Assembly: GCF_009834535.1 (NCBI RefSeq)
Contig: NC_045696.1
Coordinates: forward strand, 31,498,001-31,562,000
Direction: 5' to 3'
From: Camelus ferus
Taxonomy: Eukaryota
DNA: 64,000 bases
Below the pieces are notes generated by a model, which was not told where the DNA came from, made no database searches, and was given only the letters and a program-made list of their open reading frames with translations. Of this stretch, positions 39,761-53,840 are shown piece by piece. The position numbers and the translations under genes were made by a program. Numbering within the stretch: the first letter of the stretch is position 1; each line of letters begins with the position of its first letter.

Positions 39761-42700
39761 AAAGAGCTATTTCCTTATTATCTCCTTTTATTATCACACA
39801 GCAAGCTACAGAAGCAGGTTTTTATTTTTTTTTTATTTTGTAAAAGAGAAGATATTTGTCTAACCTAGATGTATATCTGGTTATTGACTGATTTAAAATG
39901 ACAGCCTTAATCATTTATCTCTTAAGATCTTCACCAAGATCACTATGATCATGAACAAAAAAATCCAAGACACAATAATTTATTATCCTGGGAGATAAAT
40001 TTGACAAAATTAGCATGAGCAATTTAATGTAATTTCTAAAGTAGAAATGTTAATATTGGGAAATAGTAATGTTCAAATTTTTATCTGATTTTTTTCTTTT
40101 TAGATAGTGGAAGAGCTTAATATTATTTTATCTTTGTTTTAAAGAGGAAGAATAAAATACTAAGATAAAGAACTTCAAGTTTCTTTTAAAGAAACAATGC
40201 CTAAATTTTGATTCCACACAAAACTTGATCCCTAAATAAAATCAGTGTATATTCTTTTATTTTTTTAAATTGAGAATTTAAAACATCAGGATAAAATATC
40301 ACAAAAAAAAATTAATTTGAAAGTATTATGTCCAGAGTTACAGCAAGAACAGTGGTTATTTTAAATTGGAATTTTTAGAAAACCAAGTCAAGGGTATTAA
40401 AGTAAGATGGTATATACTAATTTAAGTTATAAAAAGAAAACTAGGCAAAATATGTATTAAATATAGTCACAATTATATAAGCTTGATAATCATCTGATGT
40501 GTTTGTGTGGAAATTTCTTTGTAAAGTCTTATTTCTCTCAATTTGGTCTCAAGATTTTGTAATGAAATAATTAAAAAGTGGAGTAAAAAGCACTGATTTT
40601 TTTTCCAATACTTCAGAAAGCAAACAAGTGATATATATTTTATCTTGTTAAATAATATACCTAATGATATAATTGAAATTAAAGCTGTATTAAATAATTT
40701 AAAAAAAGATCTATAATCAAAGTTTATGTTGCTGACAAAAATAAGTGTTTAAAATAATTTTATACTTGTAAGTAAGCTAAGTATCATAACTTATAATATG
40801 TGAGAAGACAGCTTGAAATCTATTTACGATGAATGTAAGTTAGCTGCATACAACATGAAAAACAGTGAATCTACGAAAGACCCCCAAAATAGTAATGCTC
40901 ATTTTAGTGCACAGTATTAATTTATTTTTATTTTATTTATAAATGTATTTATTACAGCATTAGTTGGGTAGGTGTACAGATAAACAACACATTTACTAAA
41001 TTCCTAAATAATCAGGATGAGGTAAACATCTAAGCAAAGATCATATCAACCAGTTAACATTGGTCTCCGAATCAGAGGGAAATTCTCAATAAAATTATTT
41101 GTGGGGTCTCTTGATGCAGATATAACTACTATAAAACTGAACTTTGTGAATTCAGAATGTTTTAACAATTGAAGTGAAAAATAAAGTGTGATCTTTAGCA
41201 TTTAATCAGTCAATATTTTGCCAAGATGGTGTGATATTGTGTTAGGGTTATTACTTTTAACATCTAAGGAAAAGTGCTGAATAAAAAGAAGATTTTTCAG
41301 TAAAGTATCTGCCTTTAAATCATGACAATTAGATTCACAAATACAGTATTTTGATATTTACTTGGTATATAAGCCAACAAAAATCAATCTCATATGTTAA
41401 ATGTATAAAAGGTATTAGCAGTAAGTAGTGAAGATTGATTTCATCCTGTTTGCTTTATTGTATGAAAATCTACTATTGAAAAATTCAGACTTTCAATGTA
41501 ATATTTTATATCATTTGGATTCTTCATTGTGCTTTGCACATGTACATTTATTTATATTAGAGAGGAAGGCAATGAAATGTAGTTGGGAAAAACACTGAAT
41601 CAATTCAGAAGTCAAAATCTAAGATTCTCCACCTGGTTATTTGTGACTTTAGAAAAGAATTTTGTTTCTTTGTTCTGTCATTGTTACTTTATTGTAAAAA
41701 GGAACACGTAGAGCAAATGACTACTAAGACCCTTTACCAATTTCCATTATTGCTTTAGTCTACAATTATTCTTTTACAAAAGGATTTTGTCTAGAATTCC
41801 TTCTGATACTAGTTATAAACTGGTGACTTAGAGATATTAAACTATTAATGAAAAGATTATTAAAGATTCTTGCCTTTAAATACTAGCAAACACAATGGCA
41901 TATAATACAACTTCAAAGGAAAATATAATTGATATAAAAAGTTTATAACAGAAAAGCTATTCAATTTGCAAAAATCAATTTGTAAACATATTAACACTTT
42001 CAATATATAAAGCAAAAAATTATTTTTAAAATTCTCAGTTTATTTAATGAGAAGATAAGCTTTTATTAATAGAATATTTTAATAAATGTCAAATATTTTT
42101 GGTATATTTCTATATTATTATTTTTATGATTGAAATGAAATAAAATGCATGTACATTTGAAGAAAATATACATATAATTTTGAAATTTATAAATATATTA
42201 TCTAAACCATTTCTTTCTTGTAGCAATTAATATAGTAAAAAAGCATGACTTTTAAGATAATTCAGACAAGTTTCTACTTGCCAGCTCTTGCACTGACTGA
42301 ATATGTTAACTATAGCATGTTACTATGACTCTCAGGCCCTCTGTGTCCTTGACTATGAAAATAAAACTCACCTTTGTATGTTTTTTTGTTTATTTATTAG
42401 AAACTGCAAGGGAAGAAATATTTGGTCGACCCCATTCTCACTTCTGTTATTATAGTGAAAACCAATCATTTGTGCCCAGACTATTGTACTATATGGTACC
42501 CAGTATCTCTGATTCTAATCTCCTTTCTTTTCTTCTAATTAATTTTGTAAATTAGTGCTAAATTATTATCTCACAGACTCAGGTTGGACTAGGTCATGTT
42601 TTGATGAATTACTAATGCCTCTCTACCCTTAGAAAGAAATATATTTTTTAAATCTGAGAGTTAACATCCTCCACAATCTAAACTTGCTTCACTGTTCATT

Positions 42701-45439
42701 ACCTTAACTCACCATAAGATACATTAAAATTGAACTGTTTATTATACCACAACTCTTGTGTTCCCATCTTTCTTCTAATTCAAATAACTTCTCTCAACTT
42801 TTTACAGTATATTCATTAAGACATGCCTGAAAATATTCCATTTTAATATAAAGCCTTTCCATTTCAAATGACCAGCAAGTAACTCATTACTCAAGAGTAT
42901 TTTCTGTGCACAACTGCAAAATAGCACCATCTCCAATTACAATTATCTACTCAGAGGCCTTAATACTTATATTAAATTAGAAGAAAAGAAAATGTTTGAT
43001 TTAATTTCACATTTTCTTTTCTTTTTTTTTTTTTTTTGTGACCCAATACCATGAAATCTTCGCAAGACATTCATTAATACCAAGAAAAATCAGTAGACAG
43101 AAAATGCCTAACACATGTGTAAGCCCCCAAAATGGCTTTGTCATAGTAGGAACTTTTTATAGATTAGTTATTTTAGTTAAACAGAGTGATATCCAAATAT
43201 GAGTCATTTGATAATAGCTAAAACCCCCTTTGACGAAATAGTTATAGAATATAAATTAAAAATCAAATATTTCTATTATTAATTACCTTCTTAGTAGAAA
43301 TCTCAAATACTTAGTTTTACCTTCCTTTTCACTTCCTGAAAAAAAATGTTTATATAAAATTGTCAAAAAGCCTTAACCAACAATGTAAAATTTGCATGAA
43401 CAAGATCTTAGACTCTTCACTCTGAAGAGTAGCATCATGTATATTTTCCAAAATCATTATTGACTTGATATTCATTTAAATTCTTAGTTCTTGTGTACAG
43501 AGAGAATTTTATATGGTGTAAATGTCCTGAAGAATTGTCTGCCCCACAGCAACTGCCCCTCGCCTCCCAACTAAGTTTCTGTATGTTAGTTTTTTGACTC
43601 TCAGCTTTGGAAATGCTGGTTCTAACACTCCAAGAATGATTATAATGCCTAACCAAGAAAAAGTCACATTAAATGTAACCTCTTAAGAATTATAACCTCA
43701 ATTGACAAGCCCCCTTTTCTCTTGCTACAAAAGTTTGTTTTAGATTCTCTCATTTTCCTTCTTTCCAAAAAATAATTTATCAAATATAAATATAGAGAAG
43801 ATTTACACATCAAGATAGTGGACTGAGTCCATGGTGAAACCTATATCTTCTGTCACAAATATCTAAAAAGGGTAGAAAAGATAATATATATATATTTTTT
43901 TTTTTTGAAGCCAGGAAAGGAAATTGTATATAAGAGAAATAAGAGTTAAAAAGAACTCACGATAATGAGTAAAATTGCATCTCTAAGAAATGAGGTAGAA
44001 CAGAAATGGAACTAAAGAGTAGGTGAGGGGTTGGGATCTTGCCACTAAGCAGAGCCAAGGTCCAAAGCAATGTCTACTACATGAGTAAACATCAGAAATA
44101 TCTCCTCACAAGTGAAAGAAGGTCAAATAGCTTTATTATTCAACTCAAGTTAACAGTCAGAGCTGCTTAACTAATGGGGCAAAGGGTTTGAGAAATACCA
44201 CTCCATTATCAGTGGGTTTGGGGTTCTTTTGCAAAAGATACATGCTGGAAAACACATCAGCTATGGTCCAATATGGCAATGATTCTTTTTTCCCCCATCT
44301 CTACTAGTCTTCATATATTTCTTTTTTTCTTTTTATATAGTTTTCTCTGACTCCTATTATGTATATATCAAAAAAAAAAAAAAAAAAGAACAATTGCATG
44401 TTGAAAGATCCTGCAGAATGCAAAGGCCACAATATAAGAAAGAAAAGAAATCCATGTAGATATCTTGAAGTAAAAGTCATCATGTATGTGAATACAATTC
44501 TCACTCCTATTAACTAGAACGAAAGAGATAGATATAGAGATATAAATAGAAAGGGATCGAGAGAGAGAGAGAGAGGGAGAGAAGACATACATTATAACCC
44601 AAAATTTGAAGGCAAGATACTATCAATATGGTAAGGTTTGGAAAGGAAGGAAACCAAGGAATGAAAAAGTGCACATAAATTCTCTTATTATGAGAGATGA
44701 TGTTCAGAACATGTTACCTTAAAATATACCATTTTGGCATATTGAACATTTTAAGCTCAAGGAATATATATAAAACTAACTAAAAGAAAACAAAATTAAT
44801 ATAACTACAGCAAAAAATAATAAAACCACAAAGTAAGAATTTTCTGTGTGCATCTCTTGATTTCTGACAGGTAGAATAAACATTAGCAATGATGTAGTTT
44901 AAATAAACAACACAATTAACAAGTTTGCCCTTTGATATAAAAAGAACTCTCATCCATAATTCAGATAGTATATATTTTTCTCAAGTGCATAGTAATAATA
45001 TAAAAGATTCATAAATTATGCCAAAAAGAAATTTCATAAATTTTTAAAAAATAGGTATCAAATATCATGATATCCAAGAATAATAAAATAAAGTTATAAA
45101 TTAATAACAAGTTAAAAGCCCCTACTTCCCTGAAGTAAAGGTACAAAGATTCATACTGACACATATTTAGTGGTTTAAGAAAAAACCATAAAGAAAAATT
45201 TTAAATGACTAAATCTGAATACTTATGAAAAATAAAGAGAAAATTTTAGGAAAGAAATAGAAGTTAAAAAAAATGAGTGTATATAAACAATTGAATTTCC
45301 ATATATTTTACATGAGATAATTTATATCTCATATAAAATATTATTATACATTATATTTTAATAGTTTGATTTTATTTATTTCCATCTGGTGCAAACATAT
45401 TTGAAAGAATTACATCTTTTGGAGAAGTTGAAATTTTTA

Positions 45440-46290
45440 ACATTTAAATAATAGATTTGCAGTAACAAAAAAAAATATAATAAACCTCACTGGATGAACG
45501 CAATAGTAGAGTGGAAATGACAGAATATTAAACTTTTGAACTTGAGTATAGACCAATAGTATATACCCAAACTGAACAACCAAGAGATAACAGATAAACA
45601 AAACAAAAACAAAAACAGAACAGAAGTATCTGGAAACTGTGGGACAACCAAAGAAAATAGCAGCTAAAATTTCAAATTTCTGAATGGTCTAAACTTGTAA
45701 GTTTATCAAGGCTAGCAAATTCCAAATAGGATAGAACCAATGAGATCTACTCCAAGACACATCATAATTAAATTTCTAAAAACTAAAAATAAATAAAACA
45801 TTTAAAAGCAGTCACAGAGAAATTAAATATTACTTATCTAGGGAAAGATCAATTTGAAAGACAGTGAATTTCTCATCTGAAACCATGGAGACCAAAAAGC
45901 AGCATGATGCTTTTCAAGTGCTGAAAGAAGAGAATTGCCAACCATGAATTCTTTATCTGTATATGTACTCTTCATGAATTAAAACCAAATATAGACATTC
46001 TCAGATGAAAGAAAACTACAGGAAGTTGGTGTTAGCAAACTTAAAGAATGGCTAAAGTAGGTTCTCTAAAAAGAAGGAAAACTACAACAGAACAGGATTG
46101 GTAATTCAGAAAGGAAAAGAGAAACCAGAAGAAGTAAAACTGGGGGGAGTATCATAAACTGTCTTACTTCTCACAAGTATTGCAAATTATATTTGATGGT
46201 TGAAACAAACATTATAACAACATCTGAAGTGATGCTTAATGTATATAGAGAAAATGTCTAAGACAATTATATTTTTAAAGTGTAAAATCA
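45440..46290 (+). mobile_element. Old L1 ORF1-region fragment (L1MC/MD-like)
   Basis: 'ccaagacacatcataattaaatttctaaaaactaaa' and 'ttcaagtgctgaaagaagagaattgccaacc'. Confidence 0.75.
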
Positions 46291-46879
46291 TGTAGGATGC
46301 TATAAATTTTCATCATATAGTCAGTAGTACCATCATATTTTATTTAAAATTGCATTTTCCCCACTAAATTGAACTACTGTTTTTCCATATATTAATTTCT
46401 CCTAAGCATAAGGATCTAATCAGGTTTCTCTATTTGTTGACTCTGCACTACCCTAAAATTATATTTATAGGATTTGAGTGTATACTGATATGCGGAAGTC
46501 TTTTGTGATTATTGTTTTTGTAGTTATCTTCTTTAGTATTTGTCCTTTGCTTGAAGTTTAAATTTCACTTTGTTCAAATTTTTTTTTAAAAAGCTTAGGT
46601 TGTAACAGAATTGGCATTAACTGCGCATATTAGTAGTTGAAAATCAAAGATTTATTATATTAACTCTTTTCATCTAGAACATTTGATATATTTCAATTTA
46701 CTCATCTCCTTCAAGTGACTTGAAATGGACATATCCTGGTTATAGACTGTATAACCAGATTTTGGTGATATAATATTTTGTTTAATTAGAAAATTGTATG
46801 AATTGTGGTGCCGATTTACTGAACTGGGTAATAGAGAGGAAATGGAAAATTTGTTTCATCTTGAGAGATAAAACTTGTC

Positions 46880-47520
46880 TGATATAATAGAAATGGCAAA
46901 TGACACAAGTGGAATTGATGGCTCATTTTCCAAATGTTTTAAATAATAAAGTATCATTTTGGCAAGTTAAATGATTTAACACGAATTTATGTAGTCTCTG
47001 CATATAAATTAAATATGTAATTAATTGGGATGGAGGATATTTTGTTTGACAGCAATTTGTGTAAAATATGAGGATTTTAATTGACCTCTATCACCTTACG
47101 AGATAGTTGGATTTGCTGTGCTACAGTATGCTGATATATGATCAGAGCATATTAGCACTGAGTATCCCAGTCAAGACAAGGAATGAGCCAATGAAGGGTT
47201 GATAATATTTGAAAATTACTTCCAGTTATTAATCATATATGATTAGTACTTTCAGAAGGGGATAAAAGGGGATATGAAAGTCAGAAAACAGGATGTAGGA
47301 TGGTCAGAAAATAGAAATGTTAAATAAGAAAATGGAAACTACATTGAAGAAGTAGAAATGTGAAGGACATGAAAGCTAACTTTAAATATTTGAAAAACTA
47401 TTATGAGAAAATACACATTCAGTTTTCCTATAGATTTAGATACTAAAGGGAACATTTAAGCCAAATGAAAAAAAAATGCCACTGTTTCCAGTCTTGATGT
47501 AAGCAGGGCTGAATTTTTTT
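46880..47520 (+). mobile_element. Probable CR1/L3 LINE remnant
   Basis: 'gcaaatgacacaa' (ADDT-like), 'tttgacagcaatttgtgtaaaa' and 'ctttaaatatttgaa'; very degraded. Confidence 0.45.
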
Positions 47521-47631
47521 GAAAAATCTAGTATCAAAAAATTTTTAAATGATTCTTTATTGTATTACTTGAAAAACATTAAAAGTTATTAAATGCATAA
47601 TTCTGTCACAGTTACAATCTTGTTTCCTCTG

Positions 47632-48063
47632 CAGGTGGCCAACAGGCACATGAAAAGATGTCCAATGTTGCAAATCATCAGGAAAATGCAAATTAAGAAG
47701 CCACAATGAGATATCACCTCACACCTGTCAGAATAGCTATCATCAAGGAGAACACAAATAACAAATATTGGTGAGGATGTAGAGAAAAGGGGAACCCTCA
47801 CAGTGTTTGTGGGAATATAAATTGGATGCAGCCACTGTGGAAAACAATATGGAAGTTCCTCAAAAAACTAAAAATAGAACTACCATATGACCCAGCAATT
47901 CCACTCCTAGTGTATACCTGAAAAAAACAAAAACCCTATTTCAAAAAGATACATGCATCCCAATGTTCATAGAAGCATTATTTACAGTTTCCAAAACATG
48001 AAAGCAACCTAAGTGTCCATTAACAGATGAACAGCTAAAGAAGATATGGTATATTATATAAAT

Positions 48064-48110
<47 letters not shown>

Positions 48111-48500
48111 GGAATACTACTCAATCATAAAGAAGAATGAAATTTTGGCATTTGCAGCAACATGGATGGACCTGGTGGGCATTATGTGAAGTGAAATAAG
48201 TCAGCCAGAGAAAGACAAATACTGTATGATATCACTTATATGTGGAATCTAAAAAATACAACAAACTAGTGTATATAACAAAAACCAAAGCAGACTCACA
48301 GATATAGAGAATAAAGTAGTGGTTACAGTGGGGAGGAGGGGAGGGGCAAGGTACAAGGTATAGCAGTGAGTGAGTGGAAGGTACAAAGTGTTGGGTGTAA
48401 GATAGCCTACAAGGGTGTATTGTTCAACCCAGGGAATATAGCCAGTATTTGGACTAACTGTAAATGGAGTGTAATCATTAAAATTGTATAAATGTTTTTA
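47632..48500 (+). mobile_element. 5'-truncated L1 (ORF2 end plus 3'UTR)
   Basis: 'caggtggccaacaggcacatgaaaagatg...ccatatgacccagcaattccactcc...gcaacctaagtgtccat'. Confidence 0.95.
48068..48108. repeat. (CA)n microsatellite within L1 3'UTR
   Basis: Directly visible. Confidence 0.98.
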
Positions 48501-48814
48501 CAAATTTGCTTTTCTCTATTTTCTGATTGTTTACAGCTACCAGATGCCCTGGAGATTCCTATTCTTTACTCTCCAAACAACTTGCTATACAGTGTTAGCC
48601 ATTTTTTTCCCTTTGTTTCAGCTTTTCATTAAGTAGATGGATTTATTTACTTTCCTTTTAGTTATTCTCCAAGAAATAGGACAGGCCAATTGCTGATCAA
48701 GCAAACAAGAACCTTTCTCCATGTTCGGGTTGGGGGTGATTTTAGGGGGGTATGTTTAATAATATTCATATATCATTGTCTCTAGTCCATGAAAAATGTA
48801 ACTCTTGATGAAAA

Positions 48815-50160
48815 TGTAAGGGAGAAAAAAAAATTTTTCTCCACTCGTTGTGGTTCTCCAGCTGGGGTCTTGTAAATTAGACCAACAATAAAGACAAGAG
48901 GAACAAGAGAAAAAACAAGTAAGTTTATTAATGCATGCATCATGCATACATACATGGGAGCACTCAGAGATGAGTAATTATTCAAAGGGTGGTTAGAACT
49001 TAGGCTTATATAGCTTCTTAACAAAAGAACAATACATTTTTAGAGAAACAAAATGACAAAGAAAAAGGACTTTGAGTATCTAGGGTCTGTGAATTGTTGG
49101 AAGGTAAATGTAAAGTAAATACATCAGGGAAACTAATGGTAGATAAGGAATAGGTTTTTTTTTTCTTTTTAATTGAAGTATAGTTGATTTACAATGTGTG
49201 TTAGTTTCAAGTATACAGCAAAGGTATTCAAAGAATTTTTTTCAGATTCTTCTCCATTATATGTTATTATAAGATATTGAATATAATTCCCCATGCTATA
49301 TAGTAGGACCTTGTTATTTATCTATCTTACATATGGTAGTATGTGTCTGTTAATCCCAAACTCTTAATTTATCACTCTCCCCTCCTTTCCTCTTTGGTAA
49401 GGCATAAGTTAGTTTTCTGTGTCTGTGAGTCTATTTCTGGTTTGTATACAAGTTCATTTGTATCATTTTTTAGATGCCACATATAAGTTGTATCAAACGA
49501 TATTTTTCTTTCTCTGTCTGACTTACTTCACTTAGTATGATGATCTCTAGGTTCATCTATGTTGCTGTAAATGACATTATTTCATTCTTTTTTATTCCTG
49601 AGTAGTATTCCATTGTGTATACCACATCTTCTTTATCCAATCATCTATCAATGGACATTTAGGTTGTTTCTCTATCTTGGCTACTGTAAACAGAGCTGCT
49701 AGGAACGCTGAGGTGCATGTATCTTTTTGAACCAGAGTTTTTATCCTTTCCAGATATATCCCCAAGAGTGGGATCGCTGGATTATATGGTAATTCTAATT
49801 TTAGATTTTTAAGGAACCTCCATACTGTTCTCCATAGTGGCTATACCAATTCATATCGCCACCAACAGTGCAGGAGGATGATCAGGGCCAGTTTTAACAA
49901 ACTTTATTATGTAGATCCTTGAAGTGCCATCTCTGAACTAATAAGAGTCTAGAGACCTCTCCAATCATTAACTTCTGCCCTTTCTGGTTGAAGGTAGGGG
50001 GAGGGTAGGCACCTTTACATATTTATGCCCTACTTTTAGACAGTTGGTGAAGGCAGAGGATTTTCTTGTATCCGCTTCTTCTCAGTTGCTTTCAGTGCAA
50101 AATAATCCTTATGCCAAAGTAGCATATTATATGGAGTTGGTATATTCTACTAACCTTTAA
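48815..50160 (-). mobile_element. MER34-like ERV1 LTR split by an L1 insertion
   Basis: 'aagtttatta' (AATAAA on minus) near the left end; 'aaaataatccttatgccaaag' near the right end is the reverse complement of the MER34-group 5' motif. Confidence 0.75.
49154..49878 (-). mobile_element. 5'-truncated L1, antisense, with poly(T)
   Basis: 'tttttttttttctttttaattgaagtatagttgatttacaatg...aggaacctccatactgttctccatagtggc'. Confidence 0.95.
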
Positions 50161-52452
50161 AAGATAAAGGCTCTCTTTATGACATATTGTACTCTCTATC
50201 ATACTAAGCTTTAGGTAATTCTAAAACACTAATTAGCAGTACTGTCAAAAAGATTATTTCTAGGCACATTAATGATAATTTTTTTCAAACTTATTTCTTG
50301 TACAGAAAACAGCATGGCTGCAATTTATATATATTTACCTTAAAGATTGGGGAACATTATTTCCTATATACTTGAAAGTAGATCTTGTACGATAAAGGCA
50401 TTATAATTTATTTACTCTTTAAAAGAAAGTTAATAAAATCCATCCTTATCTTTCCATTTTCTTTTTTGGTTTATAAAATGCTGGGATTAAATTTTGAATT
50501 ATCTTTGATTCCAAAGTACCCTGGATTTCTTTTGACATTGTATATTTCAAGATAAATACAAGATGTAAAGAATGATGGTATTTATTTGATAACTATCATA
50601 AGCATAGCAAACAAATTAAAAAAATTTTAATAAGCCACTTAAAAAAATTAATGACCTTAGTAAGGCTGAGTTTTTTGATTTTTCTGGTGCAATGGCTTTA
50701 CCTGTGTGGTACAAATGTATTCTGTGGAATGGAGGCATTCATTTATAATTAAAATATTGATTTGTAGCAACTAAAATGGAGGAGTTCACTGCCAATCTAA
50801 TTATTTCCTATGTCTTGTCAACTGACCCTGATAGTGGTAGCCTCAATTAGGTGATGCTTTAAACATACATTGTTAACAGTGATTGAAATATACAAGTGCC
50901 ACTCTGGCATTTTAAAATTTAAACAAGAGGGACTATACTACATGAATGAAGTAAGGAATGTATTGCAAGCTACTGAAACTAACACTTAATATATTTGATC
51001 CATGTGAAATAGTCAATCAAGAGAATTTGAAATTTAAAAATATTTTATCTTAATTGCAGATATTTTAAACTAAAGAAATAGTTATTAACATTTGTATTTC
51101 ATTTAATTTTATTTCCACCAATGAAGTCAGAAACTTAGAAATGTTTTACATTTTTTAAACTGTTACACTTGAAATCATTTTAAATTAGGCATTTTGTTAA
51201 TTTCATGCAATAGATTGCTTAAAATTTTTCTAGTGAAACTTAAAACTTTATTTATTTTTTAAACTTTATACTTTATCTTGCCCTCATAAAGTAATTTAGA
51301 TAGCAAGGTCAACTCTTAAGACACATTTTTGCAAGACCATAGACATGAAACCAATGAATTTTGAAATTATGCTACAAGTTCTATCTTTAGGTCTACCTTT
51401 TTAGTTTAACTTACACTTTTACAAAATGTTCTGGTGAAAGGCAAAAATCATATAAAAGTTGACATGAGGAAAAATATCTCAATGTGTTCATAAAAATAAA
51501 GCATCTTTAGCACAGTGGGAGAAGACATACCTATTTATAGATCTTGTGCAATTATTTAACAAGGAAATTAGATGATAAGCATTAGCCTATAAAGTTTTCC
51601 AAAGAGAAAATAGTTTTCTTTAGTAATTAAGCTTGTTCTGTCAAGTTATGATATCAGTATAACTCAATCTGCTTTAAGAATGCATATCCCATTCCTCCTA
51701 CACTTCTCTCATTTTAAGCAGGTGATTTTCCAACCTTACAAAATAGCAGATCATTTGAGGCATAGCTAATATGCATGCATACACATTTCATAGGAATTTA
51801 GCATGTAAATAAAAGTGATATCCTCACAGAGTATTTACAGTTTTAGAGAGTAAGTCCAGCTGGTGGTTGGGGAGGAGAGGAAGTTTGTCTAATAAGAACA
51901 AACTAAATTCTGAAATATGCAGCATTGCCTTCTTTTATTCAATTCTCCCTAAGTGCTTTAATATAGCCACAGGCAGGATTCGGTGCCTGACTCAGGGGTC
52001 AAAGAGAAATGCAGTGGCTGTCTTCCCAAAGCTGCTGTTCAGATTATCCTGCCTCATGGGGAACCCAAGTGCCTTTTACATGGTATCATTCTGAATTCTA
52101 AATTTTGGTACTATAGGCATAAGTGTACTTTAACAAGAAAGGAAACATCTTAAAGATATTTGAGATAATATTTTCTGTCTTATGGAAGAAATGAATTTGT
52201 AGGATTTAAAATATATATATATAAAACCATCCCCATCACTTTGATTGATCTTGTCATTAAAAATCCTAAAGTGTTTATAAACCAAAGAGAGAAAAATAGT
52301 ATTCATGAAACTCATCAGTATTTCATAGACCTATGTCATCAAATTAATTTATGTTTTGCTTTAAATTGCTCATCAGGCAGAGCATTTCAAAATGCAGCAG
52401 TAGGAAAAAGAATACCTATACACACATGCATCTCAGGAGGTTGTATGGTGTA

Positions 52453-52968
52453 TGTTGTGGGCATAATGTGGCAGGCCAGTGATGTGGGTTGTAAAAGAAT
52501 TACCAGAGACCAAGAAAAGTTTAGGAAAGTTTAATAGGTAAGCTACCATAGGCAACAGTGGGCCACACAGCTGAGGCAAACTGCAGGATCTTTTATTGTG
52601 GGGATGAGGCTGTACATACAAGAAGTAGGGGGCTACATGATCAATTCATGCACAGGTACCTGATTGGTTGTAAGATCTGTCAGGGACCTCTCTGAACAAT
52701 AGGATTTATGACTTTGATAAGGGCAGAATGTGAGACGTGTCCACCTAGGGTTTTGTGAGAAGGGCTATCTCCTGGGGCGATGAGTTTTGTTAGGGTAAAC
52801 ACACATCCAGAGATATATATATATATTATATATATATTATCCTGCAGAAATGCAGGTATGTGGAGTGGTCCTGCAGTGGGTAGTGGGAGTTAAGGTGTCA
52901 ATGGCTCCTGGCACACAGAGAGCCCAGGAGTGGGCGTTTTATGACTCCAGAGTGTCAGCCAGCTCCAC
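52453..52968 (-). mobile_element. ERV1-type solo LTR, family B (same family as 63024-63612)
   Basis: Reverse complement shares 'gtgtggccc.ctgttgcctat', 'cctattaaactttccta', 'gtctctggtaattcttt' and 'agagtcataaaac' with the 63 kb copy; terminus tgttgtgg at 52453. Confidence 0.85.
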
Positions 52969-53002
<34 letters not shown>

Positions 53003-53013
53003 CGTGCGTGTGT
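52969..53013. repeat. (TG)n microsatellite at LTR end
   Basis: Directly visible. Confidence 0.97.
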
Positions 53014-53294
53014 GAATGTATTTTCTGGCTGGCCCCTATTCATGAGTTTTGTTATAGCACTCCTAGTGAATTCAAAGGGCCAGGCACTCATTCAGGACAG
53101 TTTAGGCAAATGCATATGTGTGAGCTGGGTTAGTCCACAAGCAATTAAGTAAGCCACAGTAACAAGCTGAACCTGAAATCATCTTGTGGTCTCGCTCAGG
53201 GGCACAAAAGCAGAAAACTGCACATTTGAGGAATCTCAGGAGCAACCTGTTTGGGGATTATTATAATAGTATTTCTTCATTAATGAGATTCCAC

Positions 53295-53840
53295 TGTTAG
53301 GTAGTTAGATAAGTGGGGGTACCTTGCAGATAGGTGAAGAAGGAGGATGGTCCAGAAGATGATGTTATGCCTGCCTCCAGCATAAAGGGACTTGACTTCT
53401 TTTAAACGAGTGCCAGTAAAAAATTGGTTAGAATCTGACAGCCACAATTGCGTGGTAGCAGAAAGGACTTAACTAGACATGACACAATGCTCATTGTATT
53501 ATAATTGACCTTGTGATTTAGTCACCCCTTTCCATGGGTTTTTATCTGTGTACACCATGGGTAAGGACATGTGCAAAAGGGGCCAAAAATGACAGATTCC
53601 AGGGACAAGAGTTATCAATCAATCAAAAGACCACCTCTCATGAGGGTATAAAAGAAAGGGGAGACAAAAACCACCTGCTTTTCCTCCCTTTGATCAGCCT
53701 GCCTCCTGTTCTTGGAGGTGTAATTTTCCTTTGTAAAATAAATCTTGTAAAATCTTTCACTACACAACGCATCATCTCCCAACTGTAAATCTGTCTTTCA
53801 GATATGACAAGAACCAAGGTCTTTAATTTTTGGGGTAACA
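53295..53840 (+). mobile_element. ERV1-type solo LTR
   Basis: TGTTA...TAACA termini, TATAAAA at ~53647, AATAAA at ~53737, 4-bp flanks ccac/caac. Confidence 0.8.

Noticed and set aside
51850..52090. AP-1 site (TGACTCA) enhancer
   Set aside because: A single 7-mer without other support; expected several times by chance.
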